Source: Deltaproteobacteria bacterium (GTDB lineage: Bacteria > Desulfobacterota > Desulfobacteria > Desulfobacterales > SG8-13). Taken from it: a stretch of DNA of 38,024 nucleotides. The translations under genes were made by a program, and so were the position numbers. The stretch lies in NCBI GenBank assembly GCA_024639205.1, contig JAHEIV010000001.1:1-38024 (forward strand), in the 5' to 3' direction. Numbering within the stretch: the stretch's first letter is position 1; each line of letters begins with the position of its first letter. A model generated the notes under the pieces. That model did not search any database, was not told the DNA's origin, and saw only the letters and a program-made list of their open reading frames with translations. Of the stretch, positions 6,794 to 15,740 are shown piece after piece.

Positions 6794-9310
6794 GTGTCGA
6801 GTGCGACCAACAACGCAACCGAAAAAACTCTGAGAGAAAGCGAGAGGAAATACAGCAATCTTTTCCATTTTTCCAACGATGCTATATTCATCCACGATCT
6901 AAACGGCACGATTTTAGACGCCAACCAAAAAGCCGCAACGCTTTTTAACTACCCGGTCGAGGATTTGCTTTCGCTGAAAATCCAGGATCTCCATCCACCA
7001 AAAGCGTCTGCAGATGCGGCCCGGGCATTCGACCGCATTGTCCGGGATGGTGTCATCAAATTTCAAATCGATTTTAAAAAAAGTGACGGGTTTGTTTTCC
7101 AGGCAGAGGTATCGGCCAGCCTTCTTGAAATCGGCGGTAAAAAAGTAGTGCAGGGAATCATCCGGGATGTCAGCCAGCAAATAGAAATCGAAGCGGCGCT
7201 GCAACGGCGAAATGAATACCTGCAGGCGCTGCATCAGACATCACTGCGTCTGATCAGCCGGTTGGATCGTGAAAAGTTGCTCAGCGACCTGGTGGATCGG
7301 GCAGGCAAGCTAGTCGGTACCAGCGATGGATACATTCTATTGTACGATCCGCAAAAGGGCGACCTGCATGCGCAGGTCTGTATTGGACGGTATGAAAAAC
7401 TGCTGGGATATCGCCTCAAACCGGGAGAAGGATTAGCCGGAAAAGTCTGGGAGAGCGGGCAGGCCAAGATGGTGGACCATTACAGCCAGTGGCCCGGAAG
7501 ACTTGCCGATGACATGTTTGATTCACTCAAAACCGACCTGGGCATCCCGCTCAAATCCGGTGAGAAAACCATCGGTGTGCTTGGTGTCAGCTCATTCGAT
7601 GAAGCAAAGTTATTCGGAGCGGACGAAATCGAAGTGTTGACACGATTCGCCGATCTGGCCTCCATCGTTCTGGACAACGCCCGGTTGCATGAATCGCTTC
7701 AGCAAGAGCTGTCCGAACGAAAGGAAACGGAAAAAGCCCTGACCGAAGCACATGAAACGTTCCTGACGGTACTGGACGGCATCGACGCCACCATCTATGC
7801 CGCCGATATGAAAACCCATGAAATTCTGTTTATGAACAAGTACATGCAGGATGTTTTCGGTGGCGATTTGAAGGGCAAGATCTGCTATGAATGCTTCAGA
7901 GGCGCCATCGGGCCGTGCACACACTGCACCAATCGGGACCTGGTGGATCCGGACGGCAACCCATCCGGTTTGCAGGTCTGGGAAGGGAAAAATCCGATCA
8001 GTGGCAGATGGTACCTGAACCACGATCGTGCCATCCGTTGGCCGGATGGCCGCTATGTCCGACTGCAGATCGCCACGGACATCACCACCATTAAGGAACT
8101 GGAAAAAAAACGTCGACTAACGGAACGTCATCTGCGGCAATCGCAGAAAATGGAAGCCATGGGAACCCTTGCCGGGGGTATTGCCCACGATTTCAACAAC
8201 ATCCTGTCTGCCATCATCGGCTTCAGCGAACTGTCATTGTTGGATGTCGAAGCGGATAGCGTCATCCACAGCAACCTGATGGAAGTCATCAAAGCCGGCA
8301 ATCGCGCGCGGGACCTCGTTAAACAGATTCTGGCCTTCAGCCGGCAGACTGATCACGAATCTCGTCCGATCCAGGTTGAACTCGCCGTCATGGAAGCGCT
8401 GAATCTGCTGCGCTCCACACTCCCGTCAACTATCGACATTCGAGAAGACATCCAAGGTGGGCCTGCAACTGTGCTGGCTGACCCCACTCAGATTCATCAG
8501 ATCGTAATGAATCTATGCACCAATGCTGCGCATGCCATGCAGCAAGATGGAGGGGTAATTACCATTGGGCTTGCATATATCAAAAGCGAAAGCCGGCCTG
8601 ACCATCCGGATTCCCAACTCTCTCCTGGTTTATACGCGCGGTTGCGGGTTGCCGACACCGGCCACGGCATCCCGCCCGAAAATATCGACTCGATCTTCAA
8701 TCCATACTTTACCACCAAGCAGGCCGGCGAAGGAACCGGAATGGGTTTGGCAGTCGTCCACGGTATCGTAAAAGGCTATGGGGGGGAAATTACTGTCCGA
8801 AGTGAACCGGAAAACGGCACCGTGTTCGATGTCTACCTGCCGGCCATCCAGCAACCGATATTCGACCAGACTCCCGGCGATAAGCCGCTGCCCACCGGCA
8901 ACGAGCACATACTCCTGGTTGACGATGAACCTGCCCTGGTAGATCTCGGAAGAAAAATGTTAGAAAACCTCGGATACTGCGTGTCCACCTGTGACAGCAG
9001 CACCGGCGCTTTAGAGCTTTTCCAGTCAAAAAGAGAGCGAATCGATCTGGTCATCACCGATATGACCATGCCGATCATGAGTGGAGACAAGCTGGCACGC
9101 AAGCTGCTGGCTATTCGCCGGGACATCCCGATTATTCTCTGCACGGGTTTCAGCAATCAGGTGTCTGAGAAAAGTGCAGCACAGATGGGGATTCGTGCCT
9201 TTCTGCTCAAGCCGGTTGTCATGGAAAAACTTGCCCGAACTGTCCGCAGGGTATTAGAGGACGGCCGTAAATTGCCGTCGACCGTTGCCGGATCGGATTT
9301 TATCGCGTGA
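6794..9310 (+). CDS. hybrid sensor histidine kinase / response regulator (PAS-GAF-PAS-HisKA-HATPase-REC)
   Basis: 838 aa with a GTG start preceded by AAAGGGA. It has an N-terminal PAS (YSNLFHFSNDAIFIHDLNG), a GAF-like region (GEGLAGKVWESGQ), a Cys-rich PAS, an H box (GGIAHDFNNILSAI), and ATPase boxes (MNLCTNAAHA, DTGHGI, GTGMGLAV). The C-terminal receiver has ILLVDDEPAL and LVITDMTMP. Confidence 0.92.
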   Translation: MSSATNNATEKTLRESERKYSNLFHFSNDAIFIHDLNGTILDANQKAATLFNYPVEDLLSLKIQDLHPPKASADAARAFDRIVRDGVIKFQIDFKKSDGFVFQAEVSASLLEIGGKKVVQGIIRDVSQQIEIEAALQRRNEYLQALHQTSLRLISRLDREKLLSDLVDRAGKLVGTSDGYILLYDPQKGDLHAQVCIGRYEKLLGYRLKPGEGLAGKVWESGQAKMVDHYSQWPGRLADDMFDSLKTDLGIPLKSGEKTIGVLGVSSFDEAKLFGADEIEVLTRFADLASIVLDNARLHESLQQELSERKETEKALTEAHETFLTVLDGIDATIYAADMKTHEILFMNKYMQDVFGGDLKGKICYECFRGAIGPCTHCTNRDLVDPDGNPSGLQVWEGKNPISGRWYLNHDRAIRWPDGRYVRLQIATDITTIKELEKKRRLTERHLRQSQKMEAMGTLAGGIAHDFNNILSAIIGFSELSLLDVEADSVIHSNLMEVIKAGNRARDLVKQILAFSRQTDHESRPIQVELAVMEALNLLRSTLPSTIDIREDIQGGPATVLADPTQIHQIVMNLCTNAAHAMQQDGGVITIGLAYIKSESRPDHPDSQLSPGLYARLRVADTGHGIPPENIDSIFNPYFTTKQAGEGTGMGLAVVHGIVKGYGGEITVRSEPENGTVFDVYLPAIQQPIFDQTPGDKPLPTGNEHILLVDDEPALVDLGRKMLENLGYCVSTCDSSTGALELFQSKRERIDLVITDMTMPIMSGDKLARKLLAIRRDIPIILCTGFSNQVSEKSAAQMGIRAFLLKPVVMEKLARTVRRVLEDGRKLPSTVAGSDFIA

Positions 9311-9423
9311 ACATCGGAGGGTTGCAAATTCGGCGGATATCGAATATCTGATATTCCATCCGATAGTGGGCAGGAAACCGCAAAGCATAAACCACAAAAA
9401 ATCGATTGAGGGGATGCGCGCAA

Positions 9424-9687
9424 ATGAGAGAACAGTGGGAAAAAGATTTGGCCTGTCTGATCGTCTGCCCGCGCTGTTCCCTGAGACTGGAGAACAGCGC
9501 GGAGCGGATTCTGTCGATCTATGACCACGAGCCGATCTGTATGCGTTGTAAGAAAGAAGAAGAGCTGCGGTCGGACTATACCGAGCGCTCCAAACAGATG
9601 ATCGAACAGTGGATGGCGGAATCGGAGCTGAACTACGGCGATATCGCCGGTTACTGCTACCACCATTTCAATCCGTTCAAGTGCTGA
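9424..9687 (+). CDS. small Cys-rich zinc-ribbon-like protein (hypothetical)
   Basis: In frame with ORF 9406..9687. ATG 9424 is preceded by GAGGGGA at 9408-9414. The 87 aa protein has CPRC...x22...CMRC motifs plus further Cys and His near the C-terminus. Confidence 0.5.
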   Translation: MREQWEKDLACLIVCPRCSLRLENSAERILSIYDHEPICMRCKKEEELRSDYTERSKQMIEQWMAESELNYGDIAGYCYHHFNPFKC

Positions 9688-9907
9688 CGCCTGCCATTTG
9701 TCATCTCACGAGGGTAAGCCCGTTGATTCCGTGCGATTTTGCTCTCGGCAACCGTTGCCTGGGCCGTTCGCCCTTTCCGGTCTATTTACCCCGCCACACT
9801 CATGAATCGCGTGTGCGTATTTGAAACGCCTTTATCTCGTGGTTATTTTGTTTTTGGCTAAAAAAGTTCCAACCATGTGCGGGCAACAAATCGCAGAATA
9901 GGAAGCC

Positions 9908-10084
9908 ATGAAACCGAAAGTGACGATGGTTCAGCGCATGCTGCTGGTAGCTCTGGTTTTACTGGTCGACCTGGTGATCTTCTTCTTTCCATTGACGGCT
10001 GTTTTTCTGGCTTACATCATCCTGTTCAATCCCAGTTGGTTCCGAGATTTTCTCGACCGGATCGATCAACCAGACAGCGCCTGA
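9908..10084 (+). CDS. small hydrophobic membrane protein (58 aa, below the ORF-track cutoff)
   Basis: My own translation is MKPKVTMVQRMLLVALVLLVDLVIFFFPLTAVFLAYIILFNPSWFRDFLDRIDQPDSA. AGGA lies 4 nt upstream. About 30 residues form a hydrophobic core, which fits one or two TM helices. This reading replaces the implausible Arg/Ser/Pro-rich ORF 9877..10356. Confidence 0.4.
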   Translation: MKPKVTMVQRMLLVALVLLVDLVIFFFPLTAVFLAYIILFNPSWFRDFLDRIDQPDSA

Positions 10085-10111
10085 CGCAACAAGACTGTCT
10101 ATCACCGGGAA

Positions 10112-11464
10112 ATGAAAGCGACGACACCTATCAAATTCATCTCTCCCTGCACGATCCTATTGAGCCTGTCGGCTTTGATCGGCCTGCTGGGACTGATGGG
10201 CTGCGGTTTTTTCGTCACCGGTCAGAAAGACAGCCCGGCGGTCGATCCTTACCACCCTTCAGGGCTGCAGGCATTGGAGCTATCTCCGGCCCAAGATTAT
10301 GCCGGAGAAATCCTGGCATACTTTCTACAAATCGTGGTCGGCCATATCGGATCTGAAGAAAGCCGACAGGCCTGGCGATCCACCGGCAGCGATGCCGCTC
10401 TGGATTTTCAGACCATATCAAAGATCATGAGCCAGCCCGCATCGAGCAAAGCTGACCTGATGGTATTGGATTTCAATCTGCTGGGTCTGGTCGAAACGCT
10501 CAGCCACTACAACCCGCGCTTCAACCAGTTTAAAGGACAATATATCTTCGACAGCGTTTACCCGTCTTCCGAGCTGGTTGCCATTCGACTGCTCATTCAA
10601 AGAAAACTGGAACAAGGCGAAAAGGTCAGTTTCACCGCACTGCAAAAACGCGAAGAGCTGCTGCAACCCCTTTCGAATTCCCCATCGCCGGCGGATCTGA
10701 AAGCTATAAATTTATCTGCCATCGAGTTTCAGCTGGTCAAAGACGTCTTCAGTTCCGACGCCCTTTTTTTTCAGTACTACAAGCACCCGTTCATCGTGGA
10801 TGCGATGACCCGTATTGGTTTTTTTCAAAAAGACCGGCTCACAGAAGAAATCCGTAAGGACGCTTCGTATAAACGATACGCCCCCCGATTTCATTATCAG
10901 AAAAGCAATATAAACTCGGTTACCGTCGTGGTGTTGCCTTCATTCTCACGGGAGTTTGAATTCGGGGGCACATACGAAAAACCCTATGTCTACGGGTTCA
11001 AACCTTCTGCTAATTATCTGCAGACGATTGAAAAACTGAAAGCCGACATCCTGACCCGTACCGCTCATTTTTTCTTCACCGAGCTGAAAAGCAGCGGCCC
11101 GGCAAACGCCGTAACCGAGACTTCGTGGAAGAGCTTGTGGGCAAGCACCTACGCGCCGTTGATTCATTTTGAACTTTTCGATCGCAGGCCGTTGACCATC
11201 TATCCGGAAAACGCCGATCGTCTGGTGATGGATATCTGCCCGTCGGCCGACCTGGTCATTTTTCTGCTCGGCGAAGGAATAGACCGTACTATTGACGTAA
11301 AGGGAAGATCCGGGGATTTCTCCCGCACCGGAAGGCTCTACTTCGGCGCGGACGACATCAGCTACTATCAGCGAAATGACAAAATCGACGAAATCGCCCG
11401 GAGGATTGTCAGCCGGCTGCTGACCCTCCGGATTTCTGTCGGCAATTCTGCCGCTGACGGTTGA
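10112..11464 (+). CDS. lipoprotein of unknown function
   Basis: 450 aa. It has a signal peptide with a lipobox (LIGLLGLMGC). I recognise no catalytic motif. Confidence 0.8.
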   Translation: MKATTPIKFISPCTILLSLSALIGLLGLMGCGFFVTGQKDSPAVDPYHPSGLQALELSPAQDYAGEILAYFLQIVVGHIGSEESRQAWRSTGSDAALDFQTISKIMSQPASSKADLMVLDFNLLGLVETLSHYNPRFNQFKGQYIFDSVYPSSELVAIRLLIQRKLEQGEKVSFTALQKREELLQPLSNSPSPADLKAINLSAIEFQLVKDVFSSDALFFQYYKHPFIVDAMTRIGFFQKDRLTEEIRKDASYKRYAPRFHYQKSNINSVTVVVLPSFSREFEFGGTYEKPYVYGFKPSANYLQTIEKLKADILTRTAHFFFTELKSSGPANAVTETSWKSLWASTYAPLIHFELFDRRPLTIYPENADRLVMDICPSADLVIFLLGEGIDRTIDVKGRSGDFSRTGRLYFGADDISYYQRNDKIDEIARRIVSRLLTLRISVGNSAADG

Positions 11465-11511
11465 TAGACAGCCGCAACCTTCACAAAAGCAAGTTGATTG
11501 GATATTGAAAC

Positions 11512-12438
11512 ATGCGCCCTCACGATGTGCTGGTGATCGGCCGCAGCTGCCTTGACTATATCTCGGTGGTGGATCGATTTCCGGAAGAAAACCAAAAAGT
11601 GCCGCTGTTGTTTCGATTGAAAGAAGGCGGCGGCCAGGGCGGCACATCGGCTTGCTGCATTAACCGGCTGGGTGGCAGTGCGGCCTATGTTGGTCGGCTC
11701 GGCGACGATGAGCAAGGTCGATTCTGCCTGAAACGGTTGAAGGATTTCGGCGTAAAGACCGAACAGGTCGAAATCGTCCAGGGCGGCCGGACGCCGGTGG
11801 CCTATATTTTCGTCACGCGTTCCACCGGGGCACGAACCATCATATATGAAAGCAACGAGTTGCCCCCCATAGCATGCACGCCGGCTTTGGAAAAACAGAT
11901 CTCAAAAAAAAGCGTCATCCTTCTCGATCCGGAAACCACTGCCCTGGCAAAAGATTTGATTCGGCTCAAGCACAAGGACACCAAAATAGTGTACGACTGC
12001 GAGCGCTGGCGCGAAGGGTTGCCTGCCATGATGGTGGCCGCCGATTATTTCATACCAAGCTACGACTTCCTCGACTCAACGGTGCTGGGTCTTGGCGAGC
12101 ATCACCTGTCGGTAAAGATGAGGAGTCTGGATAAGCGGATTCGCGGCAATCTGATCGTCACAAACGGGGAAGATGGTGCGTATTTCATCGAAAAGCGGCA
12201 TCTCTATCGCGTTGCCGCTCCTTCGGTAAAAGCGGCGGACACCATCGGTGCAGGAGACAACTTTCACGCCGCCTTTGCGCTGGCGGTTGCACGTGGAATG
12301 GACCTGCATCAATCGGTCAAACTGTCGGTCGCATCGGCATCAATGTCGTGTCGTGAATACGGAGGCAGAAACGGCATTCCGACGTGGGAGGAGGCGATAG
12401 CGGTAGCGGAGGGTTTGACGGCCGAACCGGTTGGATAA
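11512..12438 (+). CDS. PfkB-family carbohydrate kinase (ribokinase-like)
   Basis: 308 aa. The N-terminus (DVLVIGRSCLDYI, GGGQGGTSA) and the C-terminal PfkB signature (DTIGAGDNFHAAFA) are typical of ribokinase/PfkB kinases. Confidence 0.9.
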   Translation: MRPHDVLVIGRSCLDYISVVDRFPEENQKVPLLFRLKEGGGQGGTSACCINRLGGSAAYVGRLGDDEQGRFCLKRLKDFGVKTEQVEIVQGGRTPVAYIFVTRSTGARTIIYESNELPPIACTPALEKQISKKSVILLDPETTALAKDLIRLKHKDTKIVYDCERWREGLPAMMVAADYFIPSYDFLDSTVLGLGEHHLSVKMRSLDKRIRGNLIVTNGEDGAYFIEKRHLYRVAAPSVKAADTIGAGDNFHAAFALAVARGMDLHQSVKLSVASASMSCREYGGRNGIPTWEEAIAVAEGLTAEPVG

Positions 12439-12547
12439 GCGAACTGCGATCGGGAAAAAGCTGCGTGTCGCATACGCCGGGGGTAAACCTTCGACGCTTC
12501 GATCCTGTGATCGAGAAGCGTGGCCGCTGCCGGTTGGCTGCCGCTGA

Positions 12548-12874
12548 TTACGGGCTCTTCTTCTCCGGGAACAGCTCCATCAATCCGACATGCTTGATCT
12601 TCTCCAGGCAGTCCTCCAGGGCGGCCATATCCGATTCACCGATGCCCTGGTATTGCTGCTTGGCAACGATGTTAACCAGGTTGGGAACCGCTACATACTT
12701 GCCTGCAAGCGATCCGGCAAGGGTTTCGTGGATATCGATATAAATCATTCGCTGCTGCCGAATCAGGTTGTAACGCTTGACGCGCGTCAAGATGTCGCCT
12801 TCATTCAACTCAAACATCGGTATGGTTCCGATCCAGGGTTTGCCTGCGGTTATCGCAAAAACTTTTTTAATCAA
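12548..12874 (-). CDS. hypothetical protein
   Basis: 108 aa ORF beginning with TTG, 3 nt after the surE stop and co-oriented with it. I recognise no motif. An alternative ATG start lies at 12817. Confidence 0.5.
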   Translation of the reverse strand: MIKKVFAITAGKPWIGTIPMFELNEGDILTRVKRYNLIRQQRMIYIDIHETLAGSLAGKYVAVPNLVNIVAKQQYQGIGESDMAALEDCLEKIKHVGLMELFPEKKSP

Positions 12875-12877
12875 CAG

Positions 12878-13561
12878 TTACAACGCCAGCTGCGTAATGG
12901 CAACATCACCGCCAAAACAGACCGCCACATCCTTTCCCGGCTCCCGGGGCCGCTCATGAATACTACCTTCATAATGATACTCATCGCCCTCACGCCGGTA
13001 TCGGTAGCTGTGCGGATACTTGTCGAGGCTGCAAAATACCGGCTGTGGATTGGAGTCGAGAGCCACCGGGTGCGGCAAGTTGATATTCCAGTAGCAATTC
13101 GCCTCAGGCTCTTTTACCAGCAATCGCTGAAGGATCCTCCCGGCGTGAAGGCGGGTGATATCCCAGTCGATTTGATGGTTTTTGGCTATATATTGCGATA
13201 TCGCAATCGCTTTGACCCCCAGAATTGCCGCTTCCCGGGCGGCAGCCACCGTTCCGGACTGGTAAACATCCGATCCGAGATTCGCGCCGGCATTGATACC
13301 GGAGATCAGCCAGTCAGCATCCGGTGCAAATTGTTTGATGGCCAACCGTGCGCAGTCCGCCGGAGTTCCTCTGACGCTGTAATGCGTTTCGGATTTGCGC
13401 TCCACCGTGATGGAATAATGGCAGGTAACGCGGTGGCCAACGCCCGATTGTGCAACATGGGGCGCCACCACCGTCGGGACGGCTACAGATGAGATGATCT
13501 TCGCCAGATTCTCCAACCCGGGTGCATCGATACCGTCATCATTGGTCAGGATGATTTTCAA
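12878..13561 (-). CDS. surE: 5'/3'-nucleotidase SurE
   Basis: 227 aa. The N-terminus (M)KIILTNDDGIDAPG is the SurE signature, with GINAGANLG and YSGTVAAA-like (QSGTVAAAREA) motifs. The start codon is TTG. Confidence 0.9.
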   Translation of the reverse strand: MKIILTNDDGIDAPGLENLAKIISSVAVPTVVAPHVAQSGVGHRVTCHYSITVERKSETHYSVRGTPADCARLAIKQFAPDADWLISGINAGANLGSDVYQSGTVAAAREAAILGVKAIAISQYIAKNHQIDWDITRLHAGRILQRLLVKEPEANCYWNINLPHPVALDSNPQPVFCSLDKYPHSYRYRREGDEYHYEGSIHERPREPGKDVAVCFGGDVAITQLAL

Positions 13562-14708
13562 CTGCGGCAGGTCCGTCCGAAAAGATAGAATCTCGTTTGG
13601 GAGCTGTCAGCAACCGGCAGACAAATTCCGCTACCTGATCCGCTCCGTTGATTTCCCGTGGCTGTTGTCGTGTTTTTGCAAGCAGCGACTGCAACTTTTC
13701 CGTCCAGTCACCATTGTAGAACTCGGCCTCTCCAATTGCAAGGCCGGTCATCTCCTTGTTGACAAAGTCCGTCAGTTTGCTCGATTCCCGCGAATCGCTG
13801 CCCGAAACGTGCCCAAAGGGAACACCGGCACCGTAAACCTCTGCCAGCGTGCTGTAGCCCACCTTACCGATAACGGCATCGCTGGCATTTACCAGATCGG
13901 GATGAAACAGCGATGAATTGCGCGGCAACAGGATCAGGTTGCTCCTTGTCTCCATTTCAGGGCCTGCCCCCGGCAGGACGAACCAGGTTTCCGCCAGTTG
14001 CAGCAATGTGTCTAAAAAGTCGTGATTATCCGGCACTCCACCGGTGGTAACGAGCACCATCGGTGCCTTCTCGGGCACACCAAGCCTTTGGCGGATGGTG
14101 AGCGGCGGGCTGCGGTACTTTCGCCAGATAGGCCGAACGGTCAGGTCAGATGGCAGCGGCAGGCATACCGGTTCGGCCTGGACATGATAATCAGCCGAGC
14201 TGAATATCCGCTTCAAATAGCGGATATGTTTTCCCAGATCCGCAGATTCCGACAAATATCCTTCGTAGATCCAGTCCCAGGTGAAGTTTTCGATCAGCAG
14301 CGTAGGCACTCCTGTCTGGCGTCCCACGGCCAACCCCAGCGGTGATATGTCACACAGGATCAGTTCGCAGGCATATCGGCGAACCAGGTAGGAGAGATAG
14401 CTGAGTTGATAGGGATCGAACGGCAAGAGCTCGTTTAACTTTCGAATGGTCTGGTTCAAATCGGCCCTGAAGGGGGTTTGTTGTACCAGTCCGAGGTCTG
14501 TGTCCGCTGAATGATAGGTAAACGGTGCCGCCATCGAATTGCGGAAAAACCACGCCGGAACCGATGTAAAAATGTCAAATCGGCATCCGGGTTTCAATTG
14601 GTGAACGGCATCGGCAACCGCAGAGAGCCGGGAGGCGTGCCCGAAACCATGGGGTGAGACGAAGCAGGCAACGCGATGCGCGCCGTTATCCTGACCGGCA
14701 GGAAGCAT
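13539..14708 (-). CDS. glycosyltransferase (GT-B fold, MurG/UDP-glycosyltransferase-like)
   Basis: ORF 13539..14714. The first ATG is at 14708. The N-terminal FVSPHGFGHASR motif is typical of GT1/GT28-like uncharacterised glycosyltransferases, and a C-terminal VIGKVGYSTLAE nucleotide-sugar binding-like region is present. The 3' end overlaps the surE start by 23 nt. Confidence 0.75.
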   Translation of the reverse strand: MLPAGQDNGAHRVACFVSPHGFGHASRLSAVADAVHQLKPGCRFDIFTSVPAWFFRNSMAAPFTYHSADTDLGLVQQTPFRADLNQTIRKLNELLPFDPYQLSYLSYLVRRYACELILCDISPLGLAVGRQTGVPTLLIENFTWDWIYEGYLSESADLGKHIRYLKRIFSSADYHVQAEPVCLPLPSDLTVRPIWRKYRSPPLTIRQRLGVPEKAPMVLVTTGGVPDNHDFLDTLLQLAETWFVLPGAGPEMETRSNLILLPRNSSLFHPDLVNASDAVIGKVGYSTLAEVYGAGVPFGHVSGSDSRESSKLTDFVNKEMTGLAIGEAEFYNGDWTEKLQSLLAKTRQQPREINGADQVAEFVCRLLTAPKRDSIFSDGPAAVENHPDQ

Positions 14709-14928
14709 CAGCAAACAACCCGTTGATTCAATCGTTTTCCGATCTATCTTGCAGCCACACGCACTGGCCGAAGCTTAGACACCACCATAGGACAATACAT
14801 ATTGTGAGTCAAGTAGATTGATTCTACAACATGTTGTGTGAAAGCGCCCCAGAATCGACCGGGCTGGAATCAGGCGGCAAAAAAGTTGCTGCGGAGCAGA
14901 AAACAATCTGGATGCACGCTGGAGCCGG

Positions 14929-15495
14929 TTACCCCGGCGATAAGGACAGCGCTTTTTCGCTGTATACACAGAGGCAAAAGATCGTCGCCAGCGGTTGGGT
15001 GAAAAGCGAGCCGATGAACACCGAGCTGCCTAACGCCACGATGCCGATGGTAATGAGCACCACCGCCGCATGCTCGATGAGAGAGCCCCGAGTGGCCATC
15101 ACCGCGCTCTGACGGATCGCGGCCAGCAACCCCATGTTCCGGTCTGTCATCAGCGGTAAAACAAACAGGCACAAAAAGGTCACCAACAGGGTGACGACGA
15201 TGCCCGGAAACACCAGAAATGCAAATCCCGCCAGCGCGGCAGCGGCAATCAGCATGGCAAAACCGAACAGCGGTAGAAACAGATTCAGATGAGTAAACAG
15301 GTCCCGCACCCTGGGGTCACGGCCTTCTCTCGTCAGTCGCAGCAGTGAATGGGTGTATCCGGCCAGGGTTACCGGAGCCATAATTCCGAGGGTTCCGAAC
15401 CAGATGGCGAACATGACGAGGGTAACAATGATCAATGGGGCAACGAACTCCAGGGTAAGTTCCCAGGCGGTTTCCAAATGTAGCTTTAATTTCAA
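14929..15495 (-). CDS. integral membrane protein of unknown function
   Basis: 188 aa. The TTG start is preceded by GGAGAAG with a 7 nt spacer. At least four long hydrophobic segments are present. Confidence 0.7.
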   Translation of the reverse strand: MKLKLHLETAWELTLEFVAPLIIVTLVMFAIWFGTLGIMAPVTLAGYTHSLLRLTREGRDPRVRDLFTHLNLFLPLFGFAMLIAAAALAGFAFLVFPGIVVTLLVTFLCLFVLPLMTDRNMGLLAAIRQSAVMATRGSLIEHAAVVLITIGIVALGSSVFIGSLFTQPLATIFCLCVYSEKALSLSPG

Positions 15496-15658
15496 TCGTG
15501 ATCTTCTCCAAAATTGCGGTTCATGAATGTGGGGTTTGGTGTTTTTGCTATATGCAAATGTCAGTCATGTGTCAACCTGCAGCGGGTGATTCGGTGGTCG
15601 CTCCGGTTTTGTTCGGCAGGGTATCGAAAAATGCGACAACCGATCAGGGAAATTGATG

Positions 15659-15686
15659 TTGACAGTGCATCGATCAATGTTACAAT
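15659..15686 (+). promoter_or_regulatory. candidate sigma70-type promoter upstream of lnt
   Basis: TTGACA (15659-15664), a 16 nt spacer, then TACAAT (15681-15686), about 55 nt upstream of the lnt ATG. Confidence 0.45.
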
Positions 15687-15740
15687 TGCGACCCCTCCGG
15701 CAGCTACAACGGACAGCACCGCAATCTGCCGGTAAATTCT

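Noticed and set aside
6328-6895. Minus-strand ORFs 6328..6516 and 6542..6895 in the decayed region
   Set aside because: They have no RBS and no recognisable motifs. One overlaps the FAH C-terminal remnant in antisense, and the other overlaps the hybrid kinase start. The fragment ENYPVYLVMKSGLDLAGPESIAEPFCYYDF might be another gene relic, but I cannot assign it.
9877-10356. 159-aa ORF spanning the gap before the lipoprotein gene
   Set aside because: Its composition is Arg/Ser/Pro/Gly-rich. It overlaps both a better small membrane ORF (9908..10084) and the lipoprotein gene, which has a proper signal peptide. It is probably not translated.
12590-13492. 300-aa plus-strand ORF opposite surE
   Set aside because: It is antisense to an unmistakable SurE (KIILTNDDGIDAPG). 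It has no motifs of its own.
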